Shown one piece after another: positions 60,402 through 64,000 of a stretch of DNA of 64,000 nt. The translations under genes and the position numbers were made by a program. Position 1 is the stretch's first letter. The number at the start of each line of letters is the position of its first letter. Source of the stretch: Deltaproteobacteria bacterium (lineage in GTDB: Bacteria; Desulfobacterota; GWC2-55-46); the NCBI GenBank assembly GCA_016212705.1, contig JACREU010000070.1, positions 72,390-136,389 on the forward strand, in the 5' to 3' direction. Below the pieces are notes generated by a model. That model was given only the letters and a program-made list of their open reading frames with translations. It was not told where the DNA came from and ran no database searches.

Positions 60402-62594
60402 TTAAGGGCATTTGCGGTGCCTGGCGTTGATGGCTTTTGAGACCGCCTCGCACAATTCCTGCACCCTGTATGGTTTTACGACTACGCCGATAAAGCCGTA
60501 GCGCTCGTACTCGGCCATTATCGGGTCGTCCGAGTAACCGCTTGATACAATGGCCTTTATTGCGGGGTCTATCTCTTTAAGTCTTTGTATCGCCTCTTTT
60601 CCTCCCATGCCGCCGGGTATCGTAAGGTCCATTATGACTACATCGAAGGGACTTCCGGCCGCAAAGGCCTTTTGGTACATCTTTATCGCCTCTTCGCCAG
60701 AGGGGGCCGAGTGCGCTTCATAGCCTGATGTTTCGAGTATCTCCATCGCTATATCCCTTATCATCTCCTCGTCGTCCATGACGAGGAGCCTGCCGTGTCC
60801 CCTGGCAAGGGCTTCATCAGGACCCAGCGACCCAGCCTTCGAACCCTCTACGGCCTCATTCGAGGCCGGCAGATATATGTGGAATACGGTGCCAACGCCG
60901 GGCGTGGAATCGAACGAGACATGGCCGTTGTGCCTGGTGATGATGGAGTAGACGCTTGCGAGCCCTAATCCGTTGCCACCGCTCTTGGTGGTGAAGTATG
61001 GGTCGAATACCTTGTGCCTTATCTCATCGGGTATGCCGGGGCCGTTGTCCTCAATGGAAATCCTTACATAAGCCCCGTCTTTGAGCGACAGGCGTTTATT
61101 CGTCCCGGCGGCGTCCACGTTCCCGGCGCTTACCTTCACAACGCCGCCGCCGGGCATCGCCTGTTTGGCGTTTAAGATGATATTGCCTATGACCTGGCTG
61201 ATCTGCCCAGGGTCTACCGCCGCAGTCTTGAGGCCGTCCGCGAATGAGAACTCGCACCTGACGTTCGAGCCGCGGAGAATGAACTCGGCGCTCGTCCGGA
61301 CGATCTCGTTCACAACCGCAGTCTTTTTTACGGGAGCACCGCCCCTGGCAAACGTAAGGAGCTGTCCGGTCAGCTCCTTTGCGTGCATGGCCGCCTTCTC
61401 CGCCTCGTTCAAGGCCTGCTCCCGCCGGTCCTTATCCCGCGATTCCCTTGCGAAGTAGATGTTCCCGATAATGCCCGTGAGGACGTTGTTGAAGTCGTGG
61501 GCTATTCCGCCGGCGAGGACCCCGAGGGACTCGAGCTTCTCTATCTTCAAGATCTCCTCGTCCATTTTTCTGCGCTCGGTTATGTCCTGGACCGTGCCTA
61601 CCGACCGCACTGGGCGGCCGTCCGGCGCATACTCGGTGAAACCCTTTTCTATCACATGTTTCACGGCGTCGTTTTTAAGGAGGAGCCTGTGGGTGATCTC
61701 GTAAGGGCGGCCGCTCTTGACCGATTCCATGTAGGCGTTGTCAACAAGGGCCCTGTCGTCGGGGTGGACGGCTGAGAGGAACGCCTCGTAAGAGGCCTCG
61801 AACTCCTCAGGGCTTATCTCGAATATGTTGTATATCTCCTTTGACCAGTAGAGCCTGTCGGATACGAGGTCCAGCTCCCAGTGGCCGAGCTTCGCCATAT
61901 GTTGCGCGTACTCAAGGCTCGATTGACTCCTCTTGAGGGATGTTTCGGCGCGTCCTTTAAGTCTGTCGATGTTATGCGCCTCGATGAGGCTGGCGCAGGT
62001 GGAGAGGAGCGGATCGAGATAATTGACAAGTACCTCGTCGTAGCCGCCAGGGCGGTTCGCAAGCCCTACCATGCCGGCGAGTTTGCCGTTGTTGTAAAAG
62101 GGGATGCCGAGAAAGGCGTTTAGCGGCGGGTGGCCTTCGGGGATGCCGTGGCTCTTCGTGTCTTTAGAGGGGTTGTTGGAAATAAGGGGCTTCCCCGACG
62201 TGAGCACAGCGCCGTAGAGGGTGTTGAGTTTTCTGAACTCCAGGCCGGTCTTTGAATGCTCTTCGAGGAGGGCGCGCGTCGCGTCGTCCCAGGCAATGTT
62301 CGTGATGGCGTGCTCCTTGAGATAAGGCGCGCCATTGGCGTCGTAAAACACCTCCCCGATGAAGCCGTATTCGCTCTCCGTCAGGGTGAGGAGGGTCCCG
62401 AGGAGCTCGCCGAAAAGGACTCTCGTCTCGACATTCGCTATGAACTGCGACTGCGCCCTGCTGATGGCATTAATGAGGTCCTTTGTCTTCTGGAACTTCC
62501 GTTCGTTCTCAAGGCAATCGGGACAGGCGTTCTCCCCGTTGAGGTCTGCTTTTTTATTAAGCTCGGCAATAATGGAAATATCCCGGTCTGTCAT
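60402..62594 (-). CDS. hybrid sensor histidine kinase (GAF/PAS sensor - HisKA - HATPase_c - REC)
   Basis: H-box IAHDFNNVLTGI. N/G boxes (NAKQAM, DNGPGI, GGNGLGL). C-terminal REC (LLVMDDEE...VIMDLTIPGGMGG). ATG at 62594 with GGGAAGG RBS is preferred over the longer ORF. Confidence 0.8.
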   Translation of the reverse strand: MTDRDISIIAELNKKADLNGENACPDCLENERKFQKTKDLINAISRAQSQFIANVETRVLFGELLGTLLTLTESEYGFIGEVFYDANGAPYLKEHAITNIAWDDATRALLEEHSKTGLEFRKLNTLYGAVLTSGKPLISNNPSKDTKSHGIPEGHPPLNAFLGIPFYNNGKLAGMVGLANRPGGYDEVLVNYLDPLLSTCASLIEAHNIDRLKGRAETSLKRSQSSLEYAQHMAKLGHWELDLVSDRLYWSKEIYNIFEISPEEFEASYEAFLSAVHPDDRALVDNAYMESVKSGRPYEITHRLLLKNDAVKHVIEKGFTEYAPDGRPVRSVGTVQDITERRKMDEEILKIEKLESLGVLAGGIAHDFNNVLTGIIGNIYFARESRDKDRREQALNEAEKAAMHAKELTGQLLTFARGGAPVKKTAVVNEIVRTSAEFILRGSNVRCEFSFADGLKTAAVDPGQISQVIGNIILNAKQAMPGGGVVKVSAGNVDAAGTNKRLSLKDGAYVRISIEDNGPGIPDEIRHKVFDPYFTTKSGGNGLGLASVYSIITRHNGHVSFDSTPGVGTVFHIYLPASNEAVEGSKAGSLGPDEALARGHGRLLVMDDEEMIRDIAMEILETSGYEAHSAPSGEEAIKMYQKAFAAGSPFDVVIMDLTIPGGMGGKEAIQRLKEIDPAIKAIVSSGYSDDPIMAEYERYGFIGVVVKPYRVQELCEAVSKAINARHRKCP

Positions 62595-62608
62595 GGCGCC
62601 TTCCCGTG

Positions 62609-63610
62609 CTATCCGCCTATGAGGCTCATCGTCCTCGAGCACTTTTTGAAAATATTCTCGTTTATATGATGGCGCTCCGGCTTTTCAGCGACAGCCTTGA
62701 AGAGCAGACGCTCGATTTCCTCGTCGTTGGACCCGTCCCTCAAGGCCTTTCTTATGTCTATTTCGCTGTCCGAAAAAAGACAGACACGGAGCTTGCCGTC
62801 TGAGGTGAGTCGGAGCCTGTTGCACGAGCCGCAGAAGTCCTCCGAGACCGGGCTTATGAAGCCGATCTCTCCGGGGGCGTCCTTCCAGCGGTATCTGCGC
62901 GCCGGGCCGGCCCCGCCCTTTGAATCTTTTATCGGCTCAAGGGGGCCGAGCCTGTCTTCTATGATGGATTTAAGTTCCTTCATGGTGAGGCACTTGTCCC
63001 TCTGCCACCCCTCCTGCGTGTTGAAGGGCATGTATTCGATGAAGCGGATGTGATAGGGCTTTGTCTTTGACATCAGGGCGAAGTCCAGCACCTCGTCGTC
63101 GTTGAAGCCCTTGATGACGACCATGTTTATCTTTACCGGCGTGAGCCCGGCCTTCTCAGCCTCATCGAGCCCGTCGAGCACGTCCTGGAGGTTGTCCCCG
63201 CGCGTCATCTTCTGGAACCTCTCGCGCTGTAAGGAATCGAGGCTGACGTTCACCCTCTTTAGCCCGGCGTCTTTGAGCCTCTGCGCGTAGTCCTTAAGCA
63301 GTACGCCGTTGGTCGTGAGGCTTAAATCCTCTATGCCGGGGATTTCCGCGAGCGAGGCGAGGAACTCTATGATGCCCTTCCTTACAAGAGGCTCCCCGCC
63401 GGTAATCCTTATCTTCGAGACCCCGTGCGCCGCGGCTATCCTCGCTATGCGGTGGAACTCCTCGTACCTGAGGATGTTGCCGGCCTCCGTTAAATCGATG
63501 CCCTCTGGCGGCATGCAGTAGACGCACCTTAGGTTACAGCGGTCTGTTACCGAGATGCGGAGATAATCGATCTTCCGTTCGTATGAGTCGACGAGCTTTG
63601 TCATGGTCAT
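62609..63610 (-). CDS. moaA: GTP 3',8-cyclase (molybdenum cofactor biosynthesis protein A)
   Basis: Radical SAM CNLRCVYC, a second C-terminal cluster CGSCNRLRLTSDGKLRVCLF, and GGEPLVR. Confidence 0.9.
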   Translation of the reverse strand: MTMTKLVDSYERKIDYLRISVTDRCNLRCVYCMPPEGIDLTEAGNILRYEEFHRIARIAAAHGVSKIRITGGEPLVRKGIIEFLASLAEIPGIEDLSLTTNGVLLKDYAQRLKDAGLKRVNVSLDSLQRERFQKMTRGDNLQDVLDGLDEAEKAGLTPVKINMVVIKGFNDDEVLDFALMSKTKPYHIRFIEYMPFNTQEGWQRDKCLTMKELKSIIEDRLGPLEPIKDSKGGAGPARRYRWKDAPGEIGFISPVSEDFCGSCNRLRLTSDGKLRVCLFSDSEIDIRKALRDGSNDEEIERLLFKAVAEKPERHHINENIFKKCSRTMSLIGG

Positions 63611-63617
63611 GGTGTTT

Positions 63618-64000
63618 TTAGTCCTCAGGCTCCAGCGGCTCCGCCTTTTTGGTCTTTGGCCTTGAGCCGGTATCCATCATGAAGAAATCCGGCGACGAAT
63701 CCCTCGCCGCGCCAACGGATACTTCCTTAGGCGCGGTCCCTGCCTTGAATACCTCGAATACGGGGTCTTCGGTGGCGGATGAGGCGAGAAGGCCCGTAGC
63801 GGGGTCTATCCGCGCGAATTCAATCCCCTCTGGCGCCGGGAAGCTCCTTATCGGCGTACCGGCCGTCGCCCCCTGCATGAAACGGAGCCAGATGGGTAGC
63901 GCCGCCCTTCCGCCGGTTTCGCCCCTGCCGAGCTCCCTCTCTTCATCGTACCCTAACCAGGTCCCGGCCGCAAGCCCCGGGACATAACCCATGAACCAGG
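63618..64000 (-). CDS. penicillin-binding protein 1A-like, C-terminal fragment (gene continues past window end)
   Basis: C-terminal PBP1A-like region AAGTWLGYDEERELGRGETGGRAALPIWLRFM. The ORF is open to the window edge. Confidence 0.55.
   Translation of the reverse strand, partial: WFMGYVPGLAAGTWLGYDEERELGRGETGGRAALPIWLRFMQGATAGTPIRSFPAPEGIEFARIDPATGLLASSATEDPVFEVFKAGTAPKEVSVGAARDSSPDFFMMDTGSRPKTKKAEPLEPED

Overview
High-GC bacterial chromosomal segment, densely coded and mostly on the + strand up to about 33 kb. It has three parts. (1) 1-14.4 kb is a flagellin-glycosylation island: Gfo/Idh/MocA oxidoreductase, PseG/SpsG-like hydrolase, two SAM methyltransferases, two Zn-alcohol dehydrogenases flanking an Fsa-type aldolase, an ATP-grasp enzyme, a B12-binding radical SAM enzyme, a GH57-like protein and a Maf (motility accessory factor) protein. 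(2) 14.4-21 kb carries late flagellar genes (fliC, flaG, fliD, fliS, FliT-like) behind two near-consensus sigma-28 promoters, then a FlgM-like mini-ORF and a c-di-GMP module (REC, REC-GAF-HD-GYP, PilZ). (3) The rest is housekeeping: tilS, exbBD, ppx, guaBA, LOG, sppA, M16 peptidase, pncA, aspA, murI with a GerMN protein, polX, eno, Na/Pi transporter, sthA, wrbA, msrP, TPP enzyme, glgB, surE-pcm-nlpD-rpoS, apt, hybrid histidine kinase, moaA, partial PBP1A. The most unusual item is a single-domain rhodanese whose catalytic Cys codon is an in-frame TGA followed by a SECIS-like hairpin, which makes it a candidate selenocysteine sulfurtransferase; the same gene also has an A-run frameshift. Other notable items: a MITE/REP-like imperfect-palindrome repeat present in two convergent intergenic regions; a lower-GC islet with a GIY-YIG nuclease; an RHH protein plus HprK-like P-loop kinase pair; a secreted protein with T9/T10 homopolymer tracts in its promoter and signal-peptide codons (phase-variation candidate); and an alpha/beta hydrolase with an in-frame TAA. 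No rRNA, tRNA or CRISPR array was seen.
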